From positions 1-43,313 of the IMG/VR virus record IMGVR_UViG_3300037419_001025: DNA of 43,313 bases; one strand, given 5' to 3'. Origin of the DNA: a virus. Its lineage: Duplodnaviria; Caudoviricetes. Below, one piece after another: positions 8,633 to 17,900 of this stretch; the first letter of the stretch is position 1, and every line of letters begins with the position of its first letter. Position numbers and translations under genes: made by a program. The notes beneath the pieces were generated by a model. It did no database searches, was not told the DNA's origin, and saw nothing but the letters and a program-made list of their open reading frames with translations.

Positions 8633-9964
8633 ATGGGAAACCTATACGTTCGTTCGAGCGATGGCGCCGATACCGATAACGGCTCGACATGGGCGCTCGC
8701 GAAAGCAACGCTCGTCGGCGCTGGCGCCATCGACGCGGCCGGCGATGTTATTTACTTGTCCTCGGCGCATGCCGAGAGTACGACGAGTGCTCAAACGTTC
8801 GCTTGCGCCGGTACGCCTGGCAACGTGTCGCGAGTATTGAGCGCGAACGATACCGCCGAGCCGCCGACCGCCGGCGCGAATGGCGCGTCGATCACTTGCA
8901 CCGCCGCGTACACGTTGAACGGTAGCTTTTACATGCAAGGCGTGACGTTCACATGCCTTTCGATGTCGCTCGGCAACAGCTCGGCTACGATTCAACATTT
9001 CAAAGACTGCACGTTCCGTATTACTGCCGCAGGAACGAGCGGTGTATTCCAGCAAAACGGCCTCGCCACGTCGATGAATACCATTCTTGAAAATCCGACG
9101 TTCAAGTTCGCAAACTCGGCGAATCGCATCGGCACCGCGCACCGCATGACGATTAAAGGCGGCCAGTTCGACGGCGCCGGATCGACGCCGGCGAGTATCT
9201 TCGCTCTCGGTCTCGCTAGTCCTGGCCGTGGCGGCCACGTCGAGATAAGCGGTATGGATTTTTCAGCGTTGGCCGCGTCAGTCAACATAGTTGATGCGTC
9301 TCAAACGACATCGAGTTCGAAATTCATTATGCGCGATTGCAAGTTGCCGGCTTCATGGTCCGGTTTGCTTGTTAGCTCTATATCGTCGCTGCCGAGTCCC
9401 GGCGTTCGCATTGAAATGCATAACTGCGATAGCGGCGACACGAATTACCGGCTCGATATTGTCGATTACGCCGGCGAGATAAAAAGCGAAACGACGAATG
9501 TTCGCAGCGGCGGCGCGTCGGACGGCACCACAGCGCTTTCTTGGAAAATGGTATCGAGCGCGAACGCCTCGTATCCTTCCGTTCCGCTTGAGTCGGGAGA
9601 AATCGCAGTCTGGAACGACGTGACCGGCGGCAGCGGTATTCAAATTGATGTCGAGATTTTGCACGATAGCTTGACATCGCTCACAAATGCTGAAGCGTGG
9701 CTAATCGCGCTAGGGGTCACGACCTCGGGCGTTCCGCTCGGATCGAACGTTTCGTCGATTAAGAGCGACACGTTCGCGGCAGCGGCAAATATCTCGAATA
9801 GCTCGGCGACATGGACGACGACGGGCCTCACGAATCCGAAGGCGCAAAAACTCTCCGTCACCATGACGCCGACCAAAAAGGGATGGATCGTTTTAAAGGT
9901 GGCGCTTGCGAAAGCGAGCAAGACAATTTTCGTTTGTCCTAAACCGACCGTAACGGCGCTCTAA
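8633..9964 (+). CDS. Putative parallel beta-helix (pectin-lyase-like) adhesin or depolymerase
   Basis: N-terminal cap YVRSSDGADTDNGSTWALAKATL...AGDVIYL; repeated short strands (FKDCTF, LENPTF, IKGGQF, ISGMDF, MRDCKL, MHNCDS). Confidence 0.6.
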   Translation: MGNLYVRSSDGADTDNGSTWALAKATLVGAGAIDAAGDVIYLSSAHAESTTSAQTFACAGTPGNVSRVLSANDTAEPPTAGANGASITCTAAYTLNGSFYMQGVTFTCLSMSLGNSSATIQHFKDCTFRITAAGTSGVFQQNGLATSMNTILENPTFKFANSANRIGTAHRMTIKGGQFDGAGSTPASIFALGLASPGRGGHVEISGMDFSALAASVNIVDASQTTSSSKFIMRDCKLPASWSGLLVSSISSLPSPGVRIEMHNCDSGDTNYRLDIVDYAGEIKSETTNVRSGGASDGTTALSWKMVSSANASYPSVPLESGEIAVWNDVTGGSGIQIDVEILHDSLTSLTNAEAWLIALGVTTSGVPLGSNVSSIKSDTFAAAANISNSSATWTTTGLTNPKAQKLSVTMTPTKKGWIVLKVALAKASKTIFVCPKPTVTAL

Positions 9965-10800
9965 TGGCTCGTCAAAGTCAAATACCTGGCGATTTATTCG
10001 TCAACGAGACGGGAACGCGGCAGGGGCAAATACCCGGCGGCGTTTATGTCAACGACACGGGTTCGCTACCTGGCCGCACCGGATCGGCCGCAATCACGAT
10101 GGGCGCGGCTACCGTGGCCGCTTCCGGTACGGTAGCAATTCGCGCGAGCGCATCTATCGCTATGGGGGCGATAAGCGTTGCGGCCGTTGGCAAAGCTAAG
10201 GTATCCGGCGCCGCGTCTATCGCAATGGCGGCAACCTCAGTTACAGGTATCGCCGCGAATCGCATACACGCAACCGCTGACGTTACGATGGGCGCTAGCA
10301 CGGTTTCGAGCGCCGGCGCGGTTGCGACGCATGGCGCAGCGTCTATCGCAATGGCGCCGGCTTCGGTTACAGGTACGGCCGCAAACGCCTTGCACGGCCT
10401 CGCATCGCTCGCTATGGCGTCGATGACGACAAGTAGTATTGGCTCAAACGCGATACATGCGAACGCGGCTATAACGCTCGGGGCCATGAGTATTGCCGGC
10501 GCCGCCTCGAATGCCTCTCACGCGACGGCAGCGTTCACGATGGGCGCGGTCACGGTTGCAGGGGTCGCGGCGAATCGCATACAAGCTGCCGGCGCGGTGA
10601 GCCTGGCGGGTATGACGATTAGCGGTCACGGTACAACCGGCGGCGGTCAAGTCGAAATCGTTATAGGCGACCTCGAACGCTTCGTCGTCGTATATTTGTC
10701 GACTGTATTTGCGGTCGCGGCAGAGGATCGGCGTTACAGCATTGCGGCAGAGGATCGCGCTTTCGCGATACCGGCCGAAGATAGAACTTTTGTCGTATAG
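9964..10800 (+). CDS. Ala-rich tandem-repeat structural protein (278 aa)
   Basis: Two 16-aa N-terminal repeats, nine 21-aa central repeats, three 9-aa C-terminal AEDR repeats. Confidence 0.8.
   Translation: MARQSQIPGDLFVNETGTRQGQIPGGVYVNDTGSLPGRTGSAAITMGAATVAASGTVAIRASASIAMGAISVAAVGKAKVSGAASIAMAATSVTGIAANRIHATADVTMGASTVSSAGAVATHGAASIAMAPASVTGTAANALHGLASLAMASMTTSSIGSNAIHANAAITLGAMSIAGAASNASHATAAFTMGAVTVAGVAANRIQAAGAVSLAGMTISGHGTTGGGQVEIVIGDLERFVVVYLSTVFAVAAEDRRYSIAAEDRAFAIPAEDRTFVV
10081..10647 (+). repeat. Nine degenerate 63-bp (21-aa) repeats, consensus roughly GAASIAMGAxSVxGxAxNxIH
   Basis: Aligned by eye: GSAAITMGAATVAASGTVAIR / ASASIAMGAISVAAVGKAKVS / GAASIAMAATSVTGIAANRIH / ... Confidence 0.85.
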
Positions 10801-10808
10801 GGGAAATC

Positions 10809-11138
10809 ATGGCAACGACTGGCACATATTGGAACTTGGATAATCCTCTCAAGCCTTGGGGGCCGCTCGATCCCGATGACTTGAAGCATATTCCTTGGGA
10901 TTTCTCCGACTTCCTCAACGGCGAATCGACGACATACGCCGATCACAATATCGAGGACAACGCCTTTCTTCAACTCGATACGGTCGGCGTATCCAATGGC
11001 GTCGTGCTTGTGGCCGTCTCGGTAAAGGATGGTGCGACCGTGGCGACTGGCACGAAATATCCGGCCACGGTTCAAGTTATCGCCGCTGACGGCCAAAAGC
11101 TATCGCAAACGCTGTATTTCAAAATCGGAGACCTGTAA
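10809..11138 (+). CDS. Small Ig-like protein, probable fibre-to-neck adaptor
   Basis: 109 aa, LDPDD....WDFSDFL...TKY..TV.V...DG....QT.YFKI pattern; lies just before the head-tail adaptor. Confidence 0.55.
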   Translation: MATTGTYWNLDNPLKPWGPLDPDDLKHIPWDFSDFLNGESTTYADHNIEDNAFLQLDTVGVSNGVVLVAVSVKDGATVATGTKYPATVQVIAADGQKLSQTLYFKIGDL

Positions 11139-11140
11139 TC

Positions 11141-11716
11141 ATGTCCCTCATCGTTGAAGATGGAACCGGCCTTCCTGACGCCGAAAGCTACGCGAGCGTG
11201 GCGCAATTCAAGGACTATCACCTTAAGCGCGGCAATACCGTTGCGTCAGACCTCGACGACGACGCTATCGAGCCGCTATTGCGCCAGGCGACCGACTTCC
11301 TCGTCGAAATGTATCGGCAAGTATGGCTCGGCGAAATTATCAAGCCGACGCAAGCGCTCGACTGGCCGCGCAATTTCGTTCCGATCCCTGGATATAACGA
11401 CCATCATCGGCAGCATAATGTCGTGTACGGCTACGGCAATGTTTTCTACGGCCATCCGTTGCCGTCGTATATGCCAAACAACGCTGTACCGAAAGAGGTC
11501 ATCAAGGCGTGCGTCATACTGGCCGACAAAGCTCGAAGCGGCCCTCTCGCGGCCGATCAAAAACGCTTGGTAGCGAAACAGGTTATTGGCCCCATTCAAA
11601 CCGAATATGTTGCAGGCGCCCCGACGCTGACCGTCTATACTGAGATTCAACGCCTATTGACGCCGCTTATTGACAGCAGCGCAAACGGTTTCAATGTCAA
11701 ATTGGAGCGCTGCTAA
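11141..11716 (+). CDS. Head-tail adaptor (DnaT-like family)
   Basis: MSLIVEDGTGLPDAESYASV...Y...RG, QALDWPR, VP.EV..AC..LA, IGPIQTEY. Confidence 0.85.
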   Translation: MSLIVEDGTGLPDAESYASVAQFKDYHLKRGNTVASDLDDDAIEPLLRQATDFLVEMYRQVWLGEIIKPTQALDWPRNFVPIPGYNDHHRQHNVVYGYGNVFYGHPLPSYMPNNAVPKEVIKACVILADKARSGPLAADQKRLVAKQVIGPIQTEYVAGAPTLTVYTEIQRLLTPLIDSSANGFNVKLERC

Positions 11717-12117
11717 TGTTCGACTACGTTCAAACCGCGCGCGATGCATTCGACACGCTCGCCGACGCCGGCGGCACGAATCCCGGTCTCATCATGTACA
11801 CGAAAACCGGCGGCACTTACGACGAGAATGAGAACAAGCGCATACCTGAAACCGAGGTTCCGCGCCTTGGTCTTTGCGGTCTTGTTTTCGATTACAAACC
11901 GAGGGATTTCGGCACGGAGAAAGATTCGCGCATTCAGGCAGGCGACCGGCAATTATTGCTGGCCGTGCTCGATAAGACCGGCAAAGCCGTAGCCGAGCCT
12001 GCCTATGGAACCGTCATCCAAGACCGTGACGGCAAACGCTACCTTGTCGAATTGTGCAAGCCGCTATCGCCCGCCGGCGTGCCGGTTCTATTCGATATCC
12101 AGCTACGGAGGTCTTAA
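11716..12117 (+). CDS. Head closure (stopper) protein
   Basis: 133 aa, IQAGDRQLL...PLSPAGVPVLFDIQLR; position after the adaptor. Confidence 0.75.
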   Translation: MFDYVQTARDAFDTLADAGGTNPGLIMYTKTGGTYDENENKRIPETEVPRLGLCGLVFDYKPRDFGTEKDSRIQAGDRQLLLAVLDKTGKAVAEPAYGTVIQDRDGKRYLVELCKPLSPAGVPVLFDIQLRRS

Positions 12118-12119
12118 CT

Positions 12120-12575
12120 ATGGCCGGTCAATTCTCGCTCGACCTATCGAAGTTCATCACGAAAACGAAAGGGAATGGCCGCGCCGTCATTCGCAAAGTT
12201 GCGCTCGATATGGGTACGTCTATGGCGTTGAAAACTCCGGTCGGCGACCCTACGACATGGAAGCTACCCGACGCGGCGCCGGCGGGATATGTCGGCGGCC
12301 GTGCTCGCGGTTCCTGGCAATATGCGAAGGGCGCACCGGATACGACTGACCCCGGCACGATCGACAAGACCGGCGATGTATCTATAAACAGGATTGCGGC
12401 AGGCGTGGCTGCCGGTGACGAGTTGACGCAGCATTTCATTACGTCGTCGGTTCCATACATTCGAGCATTGGAGTATGAAGGCCACAGCAAGCAAGCGCCG
12501 GCGGGCATGGTGCGGGTAACGGTTGTTGAATTTAACGACTTTGTAGAAAACGCGGTCGGAGCGGTGACACGATGA
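12120..12575 (+). CDS. Tail completion protein (HK97 gp10-like)
   Basis: TPVG..GGRARGSW, VPYIRALEYEGHSKQAPAGMVR; ATG 12120 after GGAGG. Confidence 0.8.
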   Translation: MAGQFSLDLSKFITKTKGNGRAVIRKVALDMGTSMALKTPVGDPTTWKLPDAAPAGYVGGRARGSWQYAKGAPDTTDPGTIDKTGDVSINRIAAGVAAGDELTQHFITSSVPYIRALEYEGHSKQAPAGMVRVTVVEFNDFVENAVGAVTR

Positions 12576-12985
12576 GCAATTTAAAAATACGTAAGGCGAT
12601 GCAAATTTATTTGCGCACGATGCCGGGGGTTCTTCCTCTCGCTCAAACCGTTTTTGAGGCTACCGACCCTGACGCAAAATTCGACGTGTCGAAAGCGCAT
12701 CAAAAGCTTTTTCTGCTGCCGGCGGCGAATAAAGTCGTCGGGCTTAAAGGAACAACAAGCATATTTCGCGGAATTTTTCAAGTTAACTTATGCTATCCTA
12801 GCGGCAACGGTTCGGGGGATGCCGAGGCGATGGCCGACAAGATAGCCGCCTGGTTCGCTGCCAATACGATTATTGCAAGCGATGGCTTGAAAGTCAGAAT
12901 CAAGGGGAAACCCTCGATAGGCGCGGCGCTGTCAGTTACGCCTTATGTAATACCCGTATCAATCACTTACGAATCAACTCAATAG
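12572..12985 (+). CDS. Tail terminator protein (DUF4128-like)
   Basis: GIFQVNLCYPSGNG...A.KIAAWF...IPVSITY; position in the neck gene block. Confidence 0.75.
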   Translation: MSNLKIRKAMQIYLRTMPGVLPLAQTVFEATDPDAKFDVSKAHQKLFLLPAANKVVGLKGTTSIFRGIFQVNLCYPSGNGSGDAEAMADKIAAWFAANTIIASDGLKVRIKGKPSIGAALSVTPYVIPVSITYESTQ

Positions 12986-12996
12986 GGGATTTCACC

Positions 12997-13500
12997 ATGT
13001 CTTTGCAAGCTCGAATTACTCTCGCTGTCGCGGCAACGCTGGCCGCAGCGGGCGACCTGGCTACCGCGCAAGTTCCGCTCGACTTCACGAAGCAAACGCG
13101 GCTCACCGACGGCACCGGCGCCGGCCAGGCAAACAATATGTGGAGCGATACGCGCACCATCGCCGCCAGTTCGAACGAAACACTCGACCTGTCCGGCTCG
13201 CTGCAAAACTTGCTCGGCCATACGCTCGCCTTTACCAAGGTGAAAGCGATTGTCGTCGTCGCGCATGCCGACAACACGAACGACGTTCTCGTCGGCGGTG
13301 CGGCGTCGAATGGTTTCATTTCGCCTTTTGGCGACGCGACCGATATCGTCAAGGTGAAGCCGGGCGGCATGTTCGCCATCACCGCGCCCGACGTGAACGG
13401 TTTTGCTGTGACGGCCGCGACTGCCGATCAACTTAAGATCGCGAACAGCGGCGCCGGAACGGGCGTCACGTATGACATTCTGATTATCGGCGTCGAGTAA
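12997..13500 (+). CDS. Putative minor tail or decoration protein (167 aa, all-beta)
   Basis: GGGGA RBS; Ala/Gly/Thr-rich; lies between tail terminator and tail tube. Confidence 0.55.
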   Translation: MSLQARITLAVAATLAAAGDLATAQVPLDFTKQTRLTDGTGAGQANNMWSDTRTIAASSNETLDLSGSLQNLLGHTLAFTKVKAIVVVAHADNTNDVLVGGAASNGFISPFGDATDIVKVKPGGMFAITAPDVNGFAVTAATADQLKIANSGAGTGVTYDILIIGVE

Positions 13501-13557
13501 TCGGCGGCGGTGACGGGATAAACCGAGCAATTATTTTCAACGAAAGGAAAGAGAAAC

Positions 13558-14013
13558 ATGAGCGGCGCAACTGAAGCTTTTACTTCGGCCGGCTCGCGCA
13601 TCTTCATTGCGCTTGCTGCCCCTGCAACTTTCGACGCGGCCGGATACGCGGCTTTGTCATGGGTCGAAATCGGCGAGGTTACGGATATTCCCGAGTACGG
13701 GAAAGAATACCAACTCGTCAAATTCAACCCTCTCAAGGACAAGCGGACCCGCAAGAAAAAGGGTTCGTATGACGAGGGCGCCGTAACCCTCGGTATGGCG
13801 AAAGTCGCCGGCGATCCCGGCCATCAAGACTTGAATACAGCTGTGGATGACACCGACCCGGCGTCGTTCAAAGTCGTGTATCCAGACGGTACTATCGAGT
13901 ATTTCCAAGCTCTCGTGATGTCGTATAAATCGAACATCGGCAGCGTGGACAATATCACGATGGCATCGGCGCAACTGGAAATCGACTCCGACGTCGTGCA
14001 AGTCTTGCCGTAA
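13558..14013 (+). CDS. Tail tube (major tail) protein
   Basis: TSAGSRIFI...PATFDAAGY.ALSWVEIGEVTDIPEYG...KKKGSYDEG; strong RBS; no sheath gene present. Confidence 0.88.
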   Translation: MSGATEAFTSAGSRIFIALAAPATFDAAGYAALSWVEIGEVTDIPEYGKEYQLVKFNPLKDKRTRKKKGSYDEGAVTLGMAKVAGDPGHQDLNTAVDDTDPASFKVVYPDGTIEYFQALVMSYKSNIGSVDNITMASAQLEIDSDVVQVLP

Positions 14014-14090
14014 TTTTTTTCGGCATGTTCGGGGGTCCGCGTCGGAGCGGCCCCCATTGATCTTAACCCCTAAACGAAAGAGGCAATTTG

Positions 14091-14492
14091 ATGGATATCA
14101 CTAAAAAAGGCGTTATCGCTTCGGCTTTCTGCCAATTCCGCAACCCGGCCAACAATATGCTCATGACCGACGACGACGGCAAAGCCGTGGGCGTGAATGT
14201 GTTCGGTCCCGGCTCGAAGGAATACCGCGCAGCTGAAGCCGCAGTCGCGACGAAAAACATCAAGGGCGGCAAAAAGTCGATCAACGGCGACACGATGCGC
14301 GAGAACCAAACCGATCTGCTCGCCGCTACGACAAGCGGGTTCGTCAACTTCGACTACAAGGGCGCGGACGGTTCCGAACTGAAAGACCGTCGCGCGTTCT
14401 ATGACGATGTGGAAATGGCCGCGTTCCGCGAACAAGTCGTCGAGTTTCAATCCGACTACGGCAATTTTTTGCCGAATGCCTCGAACTCTTAA
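14091..14492 (+). CDS. Tail assembly chaperone (gpG-like)
   Basis: Lies between tube and tape measure; ends G-N-F-L on slippery sequence AAT TTT TTG. Confidence 0.8.
   Translation: MDITKKGVIASAFCQFRNPANNMLMTDDDGKAVGVNVFGPGSKEYRAAEAAVATKNIKGGKKSINGDTMRENQTDLLAATTSGFVNFDYKGADGSELKDRRAFYDDVEMAAFREQVVEFQSDYGNFLPNASNS
14465..14471 (+). other. Programmed -1 frameshift site T TTT TTG
   Basis: The -1 frame is open from 14468 (FAECLELLTLHVRH) into the ATG at 14510 and on to 14968. Confidence 0.75.
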
Positions 14493-14509
14493 CGCTTCAC
14501 GTTAGGCAT

Positions 14510-14968
14510 ATGGCGTGGCTTCATGCCACGCCGTCTAAGGCTAAGGTATCGAGGCAAAAAGAATTTGAAGCTAAGGTAGAGCGGGGCGAAAGCGCCCCGT
14601 TTTTAGAGTTACCGAATATCGAGGGATTGAGCTACATAGTCGATTACCTCTTTGAAGTCGGCCCAATGACGGGGGAATCGTCGGTAACGTGGCAAGAGGT
14701 TCGAGCGTGGCGCGAAGAAACCGGCGTCACGCTTGACGACTTTGAAGTGACGAGCATCGTCGCACTATCGAAAGCTTACGCCGGCATGCTGTACGAGGCG
14801 CGAGACCCGATGACGCCGCCGCCACACGTTACAAGTATCGCATCGTTGAACGAGCAAAAAGCTAGGGCGGCAACGCGGTTGCGGCAAATCCTGGGTAGCA
14901 TGAATTCGGCGACGGCAAAGCGCAATCGCGCCCGTCGCCAGGTAGAAAGGGACGGTAAAGAATCATGA
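14510..14968 (+). CDS. Tail chaperone C-terminal extension (gpT-like; probably made as a gpGT fusion)
   Basis: In the -1 frame relative to gpG; directly precedes the tape measure gene; only a weak RBS of its own. Confidence 0.75.
   Translation: MAWLHATPSKAKVSRQKEFEAKVERGESAPFLELPNIEGLSYIVDYLFEVGPMTGESSVTWQEVRAWREETGVTLDDFEVTSIVALSKAYAGMLYEARDPMTPPPHVTSIASLNEQKARAATRLRQILGSMNSATAKRNRARRQVERDGKES
14581..14604 (+). terminator. Intragenic terminator-like hairpin inside the gpT frame
   Basis: CGGGGCG-AAAG-CGCCCCG followed by TTTTT. Confidence 0.5.
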
Positions 14969-17900
14969 CGATGGACATCGCAACTCTTGGCATAAATATC
15001 GACGCGCGGCAAATCAAAGAGGGCGAAAAGGCCCTCGATTCTTTTCAACAGACCGGCGACCGCGCCGAACAGACGACCGACGCGCTATCGAAGGCAAACG
15101 ACCGCCTCGCTCGCGCATTGAAAGCGGTTGTCGCCGCCCTAGCGGTTCAAGAAATCATCAAATATGCTGACGCGTGGGCGAACGTGACCGGGCGCCTCAA
15201 GCTCGTCAGCGACTCAACCTCGCAACTCACGAAAACGACCGCCGAGCTTTACGCGATGGCGCAACGCACGCGGGTAAGCCTCGAAGGCACCGTCGATTTA
15301 TACGGCCGTATAAAGCGAACAACCGCTGATTTGAATGTCACCGATTCGCAGCGGTTGAAAGTTACCGAGGCCATCAACAAGGCGATGATTATTTCCGGCG
15401 CCTCGACACAATCGGCCGCAGCCGCGTTGCTGCAACTCGGTCAAGCCTTCGCCGCGAACCGTCTCGGCGGCCAGGAATTGAACTCTGTTCTCGAACAGGC
15501 GCCGCGCCTGGCCGAAGCTATCGCCGCCGGCATGGGGCGCACCGTGGGCGACTTGAAAACGCTCGGCGCGGCCGGAAAGCTCACCGCCGATCAAGTATTC
15601 GGCGCGATCCTAAATCAAGCGGGCAACCTCGACGAAGAATTTAAGCGCATGCCGACGACCATCGGCCAGGCGATGACGGTTCTCGAAAACTCGCTCATGC
15701 GGACAATTGGCGTATTCGATCAAACGAACCATCTATCGAGCGACTTCGCGCATATCCTCGTTTCCGTGGCCGACAATATCGGCTTACTCGTCGCCGCCGT
15801 CGCCGGCTTGACGACTGCAAGTTCGCTGCGATGGTTTATCAACGTGACGCAGGCTCTCTACGACAAAGCAGCCGCGTCGATGGCTGCAACGGCCGCCACG
15901 CAAGCGCAAGCCGCCGCCGAGGTCGAACGTACCGCCGCAGTTGTCGCCGCTACTGAAGCCGATATCGCAAGTGCTACCGCTACGCGTGCAACCGTCGTCG
16001 CCTTGCAGCAAGTCGCAGCGGCCGAATTGAAAGCCGCGAATGCGACTATTGCCACGGCGCGAACCACTATCGCAGCGGCCGAGGCCGCCGGCGCTCAATC
16101 GTTTGCTTTGCGAACTCTCGCGGTTGCAACGCTCGAACTCGAAGCCGCCGAGGCGAAACGGTCGGCGATCTTGGCAGAAATGGCAGTGCTCGGGCAAAAG
16201 ATGGCCGCGACGAATGCAACGCTTGCGGCATCGACCGAAGCGCTCGCCGTAGCCGAAACTGCCGCCGCCGGCGCTACGACCGCAGCAGCGGCGGCCGGAA
16301 GCGTTTTGACGCGTGCGCTCGGCCTCATGGGCGGCCCGATAGGGATCATTACGACGTTGCTCGGGATCGGCGTTACCGCGTGGCTTGCATGGGGCAACAA
16401 AGCTGCCGAGGCCGAGACGAAGGCCGAACAAACGCTCGCTCAGAAAACCGAAGAAATCGTCGCTTCGCTCGACAAGCAAATCGACAAGCTGAAAGAGCGC
16501 AACCGTTTGATGAATATCGCCCCCGATGTGGCGAAGGGCGACTCGCCGGCGCAGCAGCAACAAGCCGCGATCCTGACGGAGATAAACCGCGTCAGCAAAG
16601 ATACGTCGTTGAACGACGCGGCTCGCACTGAGATACTTCGCACGCTTGGCGCTCAATACGGCGTGCTGACGGAACGCCTGAAGTCGTACAACGAGCAACA
16701 AGCGGCATTGAACAAGAGTCTCAACGGCGATAAGCTGAAGCAATGGCTTGCGAATAATACGCAATATCTGAGCAAGTCGGAACAACTCGCTCAAGCGCTG
16801 GCCGACGCACACAAAGAGCTTGGCGACGCCTTCACGCCTGACATTCAAAAGCGCATCGAGAAGGCCTTCGCCGAGCAAGACAAAGACGCGAAGAAAATGG
16901 AAGAGGAATATAAAAACCTCATCAAGACAATTTCGGAAAAAACCGCTGTGCAGAAAGGCGAACTCGACGCTCATCAAGAGTTGACAGAGGGTCAGAAATA
17001 CGCGCTCGGCGTACTCGATCAACTGCGCACCGGCACGCTTAAGCTATCCGAAGCGCAAGCGACACAACTCGGCGCCTCGCTTGAATCCTATCTCGCCGCT
17101 GAAAAGCTGGCGAAGGAACATGAACAGTCGATCAAAGACCATCAAACGATTATCGACCAAACCTATAAAGAAATTTCAGCGGCGAACGATCAAGTCGATG
17201 CGTTGCAAGAGCAAATTGATACCTACGGTATGGGCGCCGCCGCTATCGCTCGCTATAACCGTGTCAAGCTCGAAACGCAATTGATCGACGCGAAAGCCCG
17301 TGGCGATAGCGAGGAAGTCGCCAAGCTTCAAGCATTGATCGAGGCGAACAAGAAAGTCGAGGATTTGGCGAACAAGAAAGACGACCTCGACCGCCTATTC
17401 AATGTCGATAAGGTCGAGTCGTTCGGTAACGCTTTACGCGACGTGTTCGGCAGTGCGGGCGACGCACTCGGCACGCTTGTTAGCGCTCTCCAAGATTTCC
17501 AGCAAACGCAAGAGCAATACGAAAAGGATTCGGCCAAAGTCAAATTGAAATATACCGGCGACGAGACGCGAACGAAAATCGAACTCGCGAAGCTTGACAA
17601 AAAGAACGCACGCGATCAACTGAACTACTATGCACAAATCGCCGGCGCCAGCAAAAACTTTTTCAAAGAGCATACGGCCGCCTATAAAGTTATGGAAACC
17701 ATCGAACGCGCCGCGCGTGCGCTCGAACTCGCCGAGACGTTGAGCAATATGGCCGCGAAGCTTTTCGCGACTAAAGCCGTCACTGCCGCGCAAGTCGAAG
17801 GCAACGCCGAGGCGGCCACGTCAGCCGCAGCAGCGAGCGCTACCGAGGTCGCAGGGGCAACGGCCGCAGCGCAAGCTAACGCCGTGGCGGCCGTTGCAAA

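Noticed and set aside
14031-14055. GC-rich hairpin after the tail tube gene as a terminator
   Set aside because: No downstream T-tract; more likely a stabilising stem, and it competes with the long-range pairing noted above.
15784-17022. 412-aa antisense ORF inside the tape measure gene (also 6355-7149, 20694-21494, 38224-39414)
   Set aside because: Shadow frames of GC-rich genes; no recognisable motifs and fully overlapped by well-supported genes.
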